Assembly: GCA_964455585.1 (NCBI GenBank)
Contig: CAYVXW010000004.1
Coordinates: forward strand, 103 to 64,102
Length of the DNA: 64,000 bases
Source: an uncultured Christensenella sp.
GTDB taxonomy: Bacteria > Bacillota > Clostridia > Christensenellales > UBA1242
Direction of reading: 5' to 3'
The first letter of the stretch is position 1; every line of letters starts with the position of its first letter. The notes beneath the pieces are model-generated. The model did not search any database. It was not told the DNA's origin and saw only the letters and a list, made by a program, of their open reading frames with translations. Position numbers and translations under genes: made by a program. This document shows positions 20,197 through 31,698 of this stretch, one piece after another.

Positions 20197-20405
20197 AACT
20201 ATTTATTGACGAATTGCCCAAAACTAATAATACACTTTTAAAATTTGTGGTACGAATTTCAAATTATCAAAACCCGCCCCAAAACAAATTTAAACAAAAT
20301 CTTTTACCATACACAAACTAAACTCTTGCAATTTTTTAAAATTAGTGATACAATACATTTGTTGCAGTTGTTTTAGACAAAATGCAACCCCAAATAAAAT
20401 AGTAT

Positions 20406-20496
20406 GCAGATGTACCGAAGTGGTCGTACCGGGACGCACTCGAAATGCGTTTGTCGAGGAATCGGCACGTGAGTTCGAATCTCACCATCTGCGCCA
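20406..20496 (+). tRNA. tRNA-Ser(CGA)
   Basis: Acceptor stem GCAGATG/CATCTGC, anticodon arm ACGCA-CTCGAAA-TGCGT, long variable arm, GTTCGAATC T-loop, G discriminator plus CCA. Confidence 0.95.
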
Positions 20497-20889
20497 GTCA
20501 TATCCACTAATGCTAGAGATTCTCACTCACAAGTGTGTACTCGTGTTTCGCATTGGTGGTTTTATTTTCTTTATGCTCTCCACGAGGGCAGTCGGCAGTC
20601 ACTTATCGTCGCTTTCACACAAACCCACCCCTTGCACTCTATTCATTGTGACACTCTCTTTGACCTTAAAACCAAATTTTACAAAGATTTAGGCGTTGCT
20701 CTTAAAGATTTTTATTACCCACACTCAACACCCCAAAAACAACCGAATCAAATAAAAATCACCCCCACTTCACTTTCAATTCAACTCACCCCATTAACAA
20801 AAAAGCATAGAAAATCAATAATTTTCTATGCTTTTTCTCTACAAATTAATAAGATAACAATGTCAAAAGTATTATGACCGAAAACAAAT

Positions 20890-21318
20890 TCAACAAAACT
20901 CTAAGGCGAGTTTGTCGGCAAGAAGGGCAATGAGTTCGGCGTTTGAGGGTTTGTTGAGAGTATCGAATATTTCTAAGCCCAGAAGGTCGTTTAGGTGGAT
21001 TAACTTGCCCTTTCTATGGCTTGCCTCTATGGAGTGGCGAATGGCACGCTCCACCCTACACGGCGTGGTTTGGAATTTTAGCGCCACTTCGGGGTACATT
21101 ACCCTCGTGACCGAGGCGATGTACTTTGGGTTTGTCATCGAAAGTTTTACAGCCTCTTTCAAGAAGAAGTGCCCGTGTAGATTTGCCGAAATTCCCATCG
21201 TCCAAAGTATATCCGCAAGGCGTTTGTCTAGGTCTCGCTCACTAACAACCTTATGCGTCGTGCATATTTCAAAATCGTCATTTGCTTGCTCATTGCTAAT
21301 AGATAATAGGTTTTTCAT
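20890..21318 (-). CDS. Spo0A C-terminal DNA-binding domain protein lacking a receiver domain (copy 3)
   Basis: Near-identical protein to 10095..10523 (few substitutions, e.g. TTPCRVERAIRHSIE). Confidence 0.85.
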   Translation of the reverse strand: MKNLLSISNEQANDDFEICTTHKVVSERDLDKRLADILWTMGISANLHGHFFLKEAVKLSMTNPKYIASVTRVMYPEVALKFQTTPCRVERAIRHSIEASHRKGKLIHLNDLLGLEIFDTLNKPSNAELIALLADKLALEFC

Positions 21319-21342
21319 TTCAGTCTCCAAATTTATATAACT

Positions 21343-21487
21343 TGATGCGTTTTTCAACAACAACTCTCAAATTATACACCTTTTCTCGCATATTTCCAAC
21401 CATTTTAAACATATTTTTACAAAAATATTTTGTATTTTTACAAGCAATAATATCAAAATAGGGTAAATAATGTCGAAACTTGTCTAT
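21343..21487 (-). promoter_or_regulatory. Conserved upstream module of copy 3: SigA promoter plus 0A box
   Basis: TTGGAA(21399-21394)-17-TATAAT(21376-21371); TGTCGAA 21471-21477 and degenerate TGTCTAT 21481-21487. Confidence 0.65.
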
Positions 21488-21623
21488 ATAGTAACCCATA
21501 TAAACTGATGTGAACCCCAGACTATCTAGGGGGGCGAATACAAAAAACGAGCCCTGAGTTGGGCTCGGGGTTCGTTCTTATTGTTAAATAAAATGTGTCA
21601 CGGCATAAAGAGCGTGTTATTAT

Positions 21624-23684
<2,061 letters not shown>

Positions 23685-23794
23685 CCCATCACCTTTTGTT
23701 TATTTTTTAGTAGTTTACCACGAATTTCAAAAATAATCTAATAAATTATATTATTTTCTATAACTTACCAAAAAATTACACTATTGGATAGGGC

Positions 23795-24409
23795 TTACCC
23801 CACAATTACAAAAATATGAATAAGCGAAAAAACAATTGCAATTGTAAATAGATAAATTTCGCCCACGACAAAAAGTGAAAAATAAAGCGAGCCTAGCCCC
23901 CGACCGGATATTTCGCAATTCCTACGCTTGAAACTAAGGAAAGATGATATTGCAAAAATAAGCGACAAATTTAAGAAAAACAATAGCCCAATAACCCCGT
24001 ATGTTAAAAAGCCCAACACTATCCCAGATAGCCCCAAACACACAAAAATTATTGTTATATCAAAGCCCCAAACGTAGGAAGATAGAAGCATAATAATTGC
24101 ATCCAAAACCACAAAGAAAATGTTTCTTGTAAACACACTTGAAAAGACCACAACTAAGGAAAAATAAAATGTTAAAATCAAAAAATAAGTAAGCGACTTT
24201 GTGTCTTTTGTAAGAACCTTATAAAGATATTCATTAATAAGACTGTCGGCACCCAAGTCGCTAGCGTACCCGCCTGCCGTAAAAATCCCCGTCACAAAAC
24301 CCAACAAGAATAGCGAAAAAAAGAGAATCAAAAACCCCTTATATGCCTTTATTACCCTAACTGCTCTAGCCCACATTACACTGCTTGTTTTATAAAAAAA
24401 CGGCTTCAT
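23795..24409 (-). CDS. SpoIIM-like integral membrane protein
   Basis: About 200 aa, about 5 TM helices, FLLGFVTGIF and GFDITIIF..LGLSG; SigE-like CATATAAT just upstream. Confidence 0.55.
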   Translation of the reverse strand: MKPFFYKTSSVMWARAVRVIKAYKGFLILFFSLFLLGFVTGIFTAGGYASDLGADSLINEYLYKVLTKDTKSLTYFLILTFYFSLVVVFSSVFTRNIFFVVLDAIIMLLSSYVWGFDITIIFVCLGLSGIVLGFLTYGVIGLLFFLNLSLIFAISSFLSFKRRNCEISGRGLGSLYFSLFVVGEIYLFTIAIVFSLIHIFVIVG

Positions 24410-24633
24410 ACAAAATTATATGAAACCAAACTATCAAATATTATTTTTTCTATTTACATCCCCCCTTATGCCCAAATAAATGATAGTGGGTCACACCATC
24501 TTGGATAGCCGTTTTTGCTTTTGGTTGCCATAGACTTGATTATGTAAAACCAACAAATGCGTTCGTCATCGCCAAAATGGTTGGAAATAAAAAGGTTATG
24601 TGATAAACTAAAATATTAAGATACGGAGAGAAT

Positions 24634-25983
24634 ATGGAACTACCACAAGAATTTATAGACAAAATGAAGTTGCTTTTGGGTGATAGTGCGGACAAGTTTT
24701 TTGAAAGCCTAAACCAACCAAACAAAAAAGCAATCACCGTAAACTACTCGCGAATAAATGCGGACGATTTTGAAAAACTTGCCGACTTTGAACACAAAAA
24801 GATTGATGGCGTAGACAACGGATTTTTGACCGAGGGGCTAAAGTTTGATAAGCATATTTTAAACCACTTGGGTTGCATTTATTCCCAAGAACCAAGTGCA
24901 ATGTTGCCAGTGGAACTGCTTGGGGTAGACAAGGGTGACTATGTGCTTGATGTGTGCTCTGCACCTGGCGGGAAGTCCATTCAAATTTTGGAGAAACTAA
25001 ACGGAAAGGGGTTCCTTGTCTCAAATGAAATAGTTTATTCGAGAGCAAAAATTTTATACGAAAACCTAACCCGAATGGGGTTTAAAAACTTTGCTATCAC
25101 TTGCAATAGCCCCGAGAACTATGCAAAAACCGATATAATGTTTGATAAAATACTAGTCGATGCACCTTGTGGTGGCGAGGGAATGATAAGAAAAGACGGG
25201 TTTGACCTAAACGCCTTTAAACTAAGCAACATTGAAACAAACGCAAAAAGACAACTAAGTATTCTAAATAGCGTAAAAGGCTTGCTAAAAGAAGGTGGAA
25301 CACTTGTGTACTCCACTTGCACATACGATATACGGGAAAACGAGGGGGTTGTGGCGAATTTCCTAAAAGATAATCCAAACTTTTATCTTGCCACTCCCGA
25401 CGAAAAATATTTGGAGTATGCAACGGCGGGCGTGGATGTAGACGGCTACCCTACCCACCTAGGTTTGCGGAGATATCCCCACTTACACAACGGAGAGGGG
25501 CAATTTATGGCGGTGCTTAAAAAGTCGGGTTCAAAAGCATTTGAGGAAAAAGACTTTGATGCCGACAACTTTGCACCCGTATTCCGAAAAGATATGACCG
25601 ACATATTAAGGGAAACAAAAGGCATTATAGACCTAAGCGGATTAAACCTATATAAGCGTGGGGATAGCATATTTGTTTGTCCCGATATATACATAGACTT
25701 TAAAGGGCTAAACCTACTAACGCTAGGCACCGTGCTTGGAAACTTACAAAAAGGCGTGCTAAAAATCAACCACAACTTTTATCACACATATCCCGAAAGG
25801 TTTACTACAAAAGTTGAACTCAGTAGCGACCAAGTCGCCAAATATCTTCACGGCGAAGAGGTCGACATTGCGGGCAACCTAAAAGGCGTTGCAGTTGTAA
25901 CCCACTATGGCATCGCTCTAGGCGGAGGAAAATGTGTAAACGGAAAACTGAAAAATTATTACCCAAAAGAACTTAGAATCTAA
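24634..25983 (+). CDS. RsmF/RsmB (NOL1/NOP2/Sun) rRNA m5C methyltransferase
   Basis: YSQEPSAM, DVCSAPGGKS, LVDAPCGGEGM, VYSTCT, KNYYPKELR. Confidence 0.92.
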   Translation: MELPQEFIDKMKLLLGDSADKFFESLNQPNKKAITVNYSRINADDFEKLADFEHKKIDGVDNGFLTEGLKFDKHILNHLGCIYSQEPSAMLPVELLGVDKGDYVLDVCSAPGGKSIQILEKLNGKGFLVSNEIVYSRAKILYENLTRMGFKNFAITCNSPENYAKTDIMFDKILVDAPCGGEGMIRKDGFDLNAFKLSNIETNAKRQLSILNSVKGLLKEGGTLVYSTCTYDIRENEGVVANFLKDNPNFYLATPDEKYLEYATAGVDVDGYPTHLGLRRYPHLHNGEGQFMAVLKKSGSKAFEEKDFDADNFAPVFRKDMTDILRETKGIIDLSGLNLYKRGDSIFVCPDIYIDFKGLNLLTLGTVLGNLQKGVLKINHNFYHTYPERFTTKVELSSDQVAKYLHGEEVDIAGNLKGVAVVTHYGIALGGGKCVNGKLKNYYPKELRI

Positions 25984-26002
25984 AAATCAATTAGGAGAAA
26001 AA

Positions 26003-26941
26003 ATGAGAACACTATTACTTTCACACAAGGCAGACATTGACGGACTAAGCCCCGTAATTTTTCTAAAACTAATAAGAGAAAGGCTTGATGTAGTTTTGCT
26101 AAACGCAGGCGACGCTTGCACAAAAATTGCGGAAATTATAAAAAACAATTCCTACAAAAAATATGACGAAATATATATCACCGACCTAACGCTTGACAAA
26201 CGCACTTGCGAACTGATTATGTCAACGGGTGATAGCGAGAAATTTCATACATTCGACCACCACGCCTTTGACCTATGTGCAAACGCTTATCCATTTGGTG
26301 TGGCAATTAGCAAAAACGACGAGGGTGTAAATGAATGTGCAACATCACTATTTTATAAATACTTGTGTGGTAGATACCCAAAAATTTTTGATAACAAAGC
26401 AATGAGAGAATACACCGAACTAGTAAGACAAAACGACACGTGGGACTGGGCACTTACAAACAATATTGACGCAAAAAATCTAAGCGAACTACAATCAATT
26501 TTGGGAAGAGACAACTACATCGAAACATATGTAAATTTCTTCAAGTCCAATAGTGAGCACTTCTATTATACAAGCGACCAAAAGTACTTGCTAAAAGTTG
26601 AACAAGATAGAATAAATAGATATCTAGAAGAGACCGAAAAGACAATGTTTCACGCCACCCTTTTAGGCAAAAGATGTGGCATAGTTTTTGCCGAAAGTCA
26701 CAGAAGTATTTTGGGAAATTATTTGACCGAAAAATATTCGCATCTAATAGATTATGTAATAATTATTAATATGCAACAAGGCATATCTTTTAGGAGCAGA
26801 ACGGACGAAATGGATGTGTCGCAAGTTGCCAAAATTTATGGTGGTGGTGGGCACGTAAAAGCCTCGGGGGCACCTATGGATAACAAACTCAAAAAAGAAG
26901 TTATTAAACTTATTTTAAACAACAAAAATTTGTTTAATTAA
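26003..26941 (+). CDS. DHH/DHHA1 phosphoesterase (NrnB-like oligoribonuclease)
   Basis: SHKADIDG, ITDL, FDHH, GGGGHVKASG. Confidence 0.88.
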   Translation: MRTLLLSHKADIDGLSPVIFLKLIRERLDVVLLNAGDACTKIAEIIKNNSYKKYDEIYITDLTLDKRTCELIMSTGDSEKFHTFDHHAFDLCANAYPFGVAISKNDEGVNECATSLFYKYLCGRYPKIFDNKAMREYTELVRQNDTWDWALTNNIDAKNLSELQSILGRDNYIETYVNFFKSNSEHFYYTSDQKYLLKVEQDRINRYLEETEKTMFHATLLGKRCGIVFAESHRSILGNYLTEKYSHLIDYVIIINMQQGISFRSRTDEMDVSQVAKIYGGGGHVKASGAPMDNKLKKEVIKLILNNKNLFN

Positions 26942-27084
26942 TTTAAAAATTAAGATATGGACAAAATTATTAAATCAACTCGGAAAATGTCAATAGATAC
27001 ATATTTATTGTCAAAAAGTATTATGTTTTTTTACAATAATGCAAAAAAGAAAAAGACCAAATAGCCTTTACAAACGGAGAAAAT

Positions 27085-27795
27085 ATGAACTACAAAAGTT
27101 ACAATAAAGATGATAATTTTAGTTACACATTTGGAGCATTTCCAACATATGAATTGCTCGCAAAAAAACCTGAACTTGTGTCCGAAATTATTCTTCACGA
27201 AAAGTTAGAAAATTCAAGCGATATAGATAAAATTTTACGGACGGCAAATGCCCATAATATACCCGTTTCAAAAAACGGAAAGTTGCTAGAAAAACTTTCC
27301 AAAAAAGGAAATATATATATTATGGGAGTATTTAAAAAATACACTCAAAATTTGGAAACAAACAAAAACCACGTGCTTTTAAATAACCCTAGCGATATGG
27401 GAAACTTGGGCACAATAATTAGAGGAATGCTTGGATTTGGATACGAAAATTTGGCACTTATTACCCCTTGCATTGACCACTTTGACCCTAGGGTAATTAG
27501 GGCAAGTATGGGCGCAATATTTTCTATAAACATCCAAACATTTTCTTCCCTTGAAGAATATCAAAAGTTATACTCAAATCACCCATATCCTTTTATGCTA
27601 AAAGCAAAGGAAACCTTGCAAAACCTGTCCGAAAAAAGGTCGCCTCATACCCTTATATTTGGCAACGAAGCAACGGGGCTACCGGATAACTTTTTAAACA
27701 TTGGCACGCCTCTTATAATCAAACAAAGCGACAAGATTGACAGTTTTAATTTGTCTATGTCGGTGACTATCGCTTGTTATGAATTTAGCAAATAA
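27085..27795 (+). CDS. TrmH/SpoU family RNA methyltransferase
   Basis: DMGNLGTIIR, IRASMGA, FGNEATGL, DSFNLS. Confidence 0.9.
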   Translation: MNYKSYNKDDNFSYTFGAFPTYELLAKKPELVSEIILHEKLENSSDIDKILRTANAHNIPVSKNGKLLEKLSKKGNIYIMGVFKKYTQNLETNKNHVLLNNPSDMGNLGTIIRGMLGFGYENLALITPCIDHFDPRVIRASMGAIFSINIQTFSSLEEYQKLYSNHPYPFMLKAKETLQNLSEKRSPHTLIFGNEATGLPDNFLNIGTPLIIKQSDKIDSFNLSMSVTIACYEFSK

Positions 27796-27846
27796 AAAAA
27801 TGACGCTAGACTGATTTATTAAAATCTTTCTATCGTCATTACTTTT

Positions 27847-28770
27847 TTACTTTATGCCCACCCTTAGGTCGACGCCCTCAAACTTAATTTTTAGACTTTG
27901 TTTTTTGTGCATTAGCCTACTAAAAATCCTTTCGCCATAGTTGTCTTGGATTTGTCCAAAATCAAGGTTTGTATTGATAACAGTTTTTTTGTGATTGAGC
28001 ATTCGTTCGTTAATAATCAAATACAAATATTCGTTTGTAACATTTTTAATTTTGTTTTCGCTACCCAAATCGTCAATAAACAAAAACTCACTATTTAGAT
28101 ATGGCGATAGTATATCTTCCTTTTCATCCAACTTTGCACAATGATACTTTAGCATATCTTGATTGAAATTGAATGCCGTGGTGTACTTGACGGTTTTTGC
28201 CATATCTATAGCGTGCATAGTCATACAACCAAGCAAGTGCGTTTTGCCAACACCTGTGTTTCCAGTTATTAGCACCACATCAATTGGAGTTTCTTTTGAT
28301 TCAACAAACTTTTTCATTTTGTCATAAATGCACTTTACTTCTTTTTGGTTTTCAAACATTTTAAAATCGTCACTAAACCTAGGCAAAAGGGCGGTATCAA
28401 TTCCACTGCTTTTAATAAGTTCTCTACTAAACTCTCGTCTCAAGCACTCGCACGCTTCGCCATTTACATATCCTGTGTCCTTGCACTTTTCACACTCATA
28501 ATTTGGACGCAAGGTGGCTTTGTCAATACCCATAGTTTCAAGTAGTTCCGCAAGCACCGCTCTAGTTTCGTTATACTCGTCCCTCTCGGCTTTTGCGTAT
28601 ACACCTTCTACCTCTTTTTTTGCAATTTCCACCACCAATTTTTTTGCCTTGACAAAAAGTATTCTAACATTGTCGTCCTTTAGAACCCTATTTAGATTTA
28701 CATCCGCCACCCTTTCGGCTTCCATTTTTTTCTTTAAGATATTCTTTGTTGCAGTCTCTAGTGCCCCCAT
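27847..28770 (-). CDS. DnaC/DnaI-type replication helicase loader ATPase
   Basis: CEKCKDTG..CEC zinc motif, GNTGVGKT, FIDDLGSE, YGERIFSRL. Confidence 0.85.
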   Translation of the reverse strand: MGALETATKNILKKKMEAERVADVNLNRVLKDDNVRILFVKAKKLVVEIAKKEVEGVYAKAERDEYNETRAVLAELLETMGIDKATLRPNYECEKCKDTGYVNGEACECLRREFSRELIKSSGIDTALLPRFSDDFKMFENQKEVKCIYDKMKKFVESKETPIDVVLITGNTGVGKTHLLGCMTMHAIDMAKTVKYTTAFNFNQDMLKYHCAKLDEKEDILSPYLNSEFLFIDDLGSENKIKNVTNEYLYLIINERMLNHKKTVINTNLDFGQIQDNYGERIFSRLMHKKQSLKIKFEGVDLRVGIK

Positions 28771-28781
28771 ATTTCTCCTTT

Positions 28782-30215
28782 CTACAGTTCAACTTCAAAA
28801 ATATTATCAAATAGGCTATCCAATTCCTTTTTGGAATAGTCTTTCTTTTGTGCGGACTTTGTGTCCACGCTCTTTTGTTCCGCCACCTTTGGCGTTAGTT
28901 TCTTTGCCTCACTAACACTAGTAATTCCTTTGTCCTTATATTCCGACAAAATCTTATTTAGATATTGCATTGGCAAGTATTTGCCCCTGCTTTGCTTTGC
29001 CCCAAACGAAATAAGTTCGGGGGTTATCTTCCAGTCATATAGCCACGTTTTGTATAGCGACCTATCTTGCGAATTAACCTCTCTATTTATATCCATTTCC
29101 TTTAGGATGTCCTTGATGATACTATCCGACTTTAGGGCTTCGCTTAGGTGATTGTCAATTGCTTCCACTGTTACAATTCCGTTTTTGTGCATACCCACGA
29201 TTATACCATTTAGCCCTTCCAAAGTCCTTACGCTACTTTTGAACGCATAGCCAGATAGTTTTAGTATAGCGCTCTCGTCAAAGCCTAGTTGCAACCAGTT
29301 TGAAACATATGTGTCCACAACTACCGACAAATTGTCGTACCAAAGCCCAAGCGACTTTACAACCGACTTTGCAATCAAATACATACTTTCTTGCATATCA
29401 TAATAGTCTTTGATTTCTTTTTCGCTTTCTAGTTTTGCACCATAGCACTTAAACATTTCGCTATTTAATTTTGCAAAGTTCTTTGACTTGGACATCTTGG
29501 CAATATAAATAATTATATCCAAGCCAAAATCCAAATCGTTTTTCCATTGCAAGTACATTTGATATTCGTCATAACTAGCACTACGCCTAATACCTAGTGC
29601 TTTAAGTAACAATACAATATCCCCCGAAACCCTTTCTTGGTCTAGTATCCTTGCTTCCACATCCTCTAGAGTTTTAACCCCGTCGTATGCCCAATTTTTT
29701 GCAATGGTCACAATGTAGTTAACCGAAGCCCCCGTGCCCTTTAGGGTTACCGCATATTGAATAATCCTAAGCACTGCCTCTTTTTCCATTTTCAAGTTTT
29801 CAATCAAGAAATAGAACTCTTCCAAATCCCTTGGGGTTAGCATCTTTTTTCCAATCAACTCTTGAGCCGACATATTAAAGCCAGTGTACTTGTCAACATT
29901 GTATTTTTTGATTTTTTGGACGGCGTTCTTTATTGGCAAATATCTAACCTCAATAGGGTTTATGTCAAGCACTTGCACAAGCCCCGCTTCTTGCCAATAA
30001 TAGAAAAAACTAATAATATCGTCACGGCTTAAGTTTAGTGCTCTTTCAAAGTCCTCTATTGTATTTCCCTTTCCCGACGCACACTTATATAGTCCATACA
30101 AATAAACTTTTGTTGCCCCGTCGGTGGCATTTGGCATAAATTCGCTAATAAACGCATTGTCTAGCGTTACCGCATTTTTGCTAACAACCTCGCTAGAATA
30201 CTCACAAAAAGCCAT
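28782..30215 (-). CDS. DnaD/DnaB-domain replication initiation protein
   Basis: DNAFISEFMP..KVYLYGL, repeated YI..I..NW DnaD motifs; operon with loader ATPase. Confidence 0.85.
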   Translation of the reverse strand: MAFCEYSSEVVSKNAVTLDNAFISEFMPNATDGATKVYLYGLYKCASGKGNTIEDFERALNLSRDDIISFFYYWQEAGLVQVLDINPIEVRYLPIKNAVQKIKKYNVDKYTGFNMSAQELIGKKMLTPRDLEEFYFLIENLKMEKEAVLRIIQYAVTLKGTGASVNYIVTIAKNWAYDGVKTLEDVEARILDQERVSGDIVLLLKALGIRRSASYDEYQMYLQWKNDLDFGLDIIIYIAKMSKSKNFAKLNSEMFKCYGAKLESEKEIKDYYDMQESMYLIAKSVVKSLGLWYDNLSVVVDTYVSNWLQLGFDESAILKLSGYAFKSSVRTLEGLNGIIVGMHKNGIVTVEAIDNHLSEALKSDSIIKDILKEMDINREVNSQDRSLYKTWLYDWKITPELISFGAKQSRGKYLPMQYLNKILSEYKDKGITSVSEAKKLTPKVAEQKSVDTKSAQKKDYSKKELDSLFDNIFEVEL

Positions 30216-30450
30216 TTCGCTCCTCCATAAAATTCAACTTCACAACTAATATACCACATTTTTGTCCACCTTTCAATACTTTTGTGTCACCTATTTTTAA
30301 TAATTTTTTATAAACACTTTATGCACATTGGGATTGTGGAAATCTGGGCAAAAAATTTTCAAGTTGGGCTTTTTATATTTTGAATATAAATAATTATATG
30401 CTAAAATAAAAATGAAAAATAGTTCAAATGAAGAATGGAGAGTGTATAGA

Positions 30451-31698
30451 ATGAAGATTTTGCATACTGCGGACTGGCATATAGGTGCAAAGACGGACGA
30501 CCTAGATAGGTTCCAAGAACAAAAAGACGCCCTAAGACAAATTATCGACATTGCAAATAACGAAAAAGTTGATATGGTGCTTATTGCGGGCGACATATAC
30601 GACAACTTGGTGCCTAGTGCCGAAGACGAAGAATTGGTGTACAACACCGTAGCCGAACTAAGCAGAGGGGGAGAGTGTGCGGTTGTTGCCATTGCGGGAA
30701 ACCACGACGACCCAAGAAGGCTTTCTAACGCCAATGTTTTTGCCGACAAGTTTGGAATATATCTAGTTGGAAACATTGACGACATAAAGATTGACAAATC
30801 CAAGAAAAACAAAAATATCTACGCCGTAAAATCGGGCAAAGGGTATATTGAGTTCAAAACAAAAGCAGGCGAGAGCGTTGTGCTTGCTCTTTTGCCATAC
30901 CCATCGTATTATAGATACAAAGAAGTCAAAAAGGATGGCGTGGAGTTTGGCGACAAGGTTAAAGAATGGCTAAACTATGGCACAAGTCACTTTAGGGACG
31001 ACACCATAAATATTACTATGGCGCACATTATGAGTTATGGAATAGATATGTCAGAAGACGACTATTTATCCTACACCACTTTGTCAAACACCCTTGCATA
31101 CGCCCCACACAAAACTTTTACCGATGTAAAAGCACACTACACCGCACTTGGGCACATTCATAGCACACTTGCCGTAAGCAAGGAAAATAATGTGTACTAT
31201 TCGGGCGCCCTACTAAACTACTTCTTCTCGGTAAAAAACGACGAGCCTAGAAATGTAATAGTAGCCGACATTACTTTGGACGGCGTTCAAAGCGTAAAAA
31301 GGGTTCCATTGAATGTAAAACTTCTAAAGAAATTCACCGTTCAATCGGTTGTGGAAGCACACAAGGTTTTGGATGAAAACCCAGACAACTTAGTAAAAGT
31401 TGTTATTGAAAATGTCGACAACCTAGACAGTGGCGAGGAAACAAAAGAATACTTGCCATACATCACTATGAGCGACATAAAAGCACTAAGGAAAAGGCAT
31501 AGCAACCTAGTAACCCTATCGGTTATAACAAATGAAGCAAAAGCGACGGCAAACATCGCTAGCAAAAAAGACTTGACCACATCGGAAATCTTTGACCACT
31601 TTGTTAGGGCAAAGTTGGGAACCGACCCCGACCCAGAGGTCAAGGAACTATTCTTAAGTTTAATGTCGGAGGGACTATATGAAACCGATAATGATTAA
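30451..31698 (+). CDS. sbcD: Exonuclease SbcCD subunit D
   Basis: HTADWHIG, AGDIYD, AGNHD, ALGHIH. Confidence 0.92.
   Translation: MKILHTADWHIGAKTDDLDRFQEQKDALRQIIDIANNEKVDMVLIAGDIYDNLVPSAEDEELVYNTVAELSRGGECAVVAIAGNHDDPRRLSNANVFADKFGIYLVGNIDDIKIDKSKKNKNIYAVKSGKGYIEFKTKAGESVVLALLPYPSYYRYKEVKKDGVEFGDKVKEWLNYGTSHFRDDTINITMAHIMSYGIDMSEDDYLSYTTLSNTLAYAPHKTFTDVKAHYTALGHIHSTLAVSKENNVYYSGALLNYFFSVKNDEPRNVIVADITLDGVQSVKRVPLNVKLLKKFTVQSVVEAHKVLDENPDNLVKVVIENVDNLDSGEETKEYLPYITMSDIKALRKRHSNLVTLSVITNEAKATANIASKKDLTTSEIFDHFVRAKLGTDPDPEVKELFLSLMSEGLYETDND

Noticed and set aside
24480-24575. Possible 6S RNA or fluoride-riboswitch-like sequence between divergent genes
   Set aside because: Only GGCGATG and weak pairing match; the conserved structure could not be built
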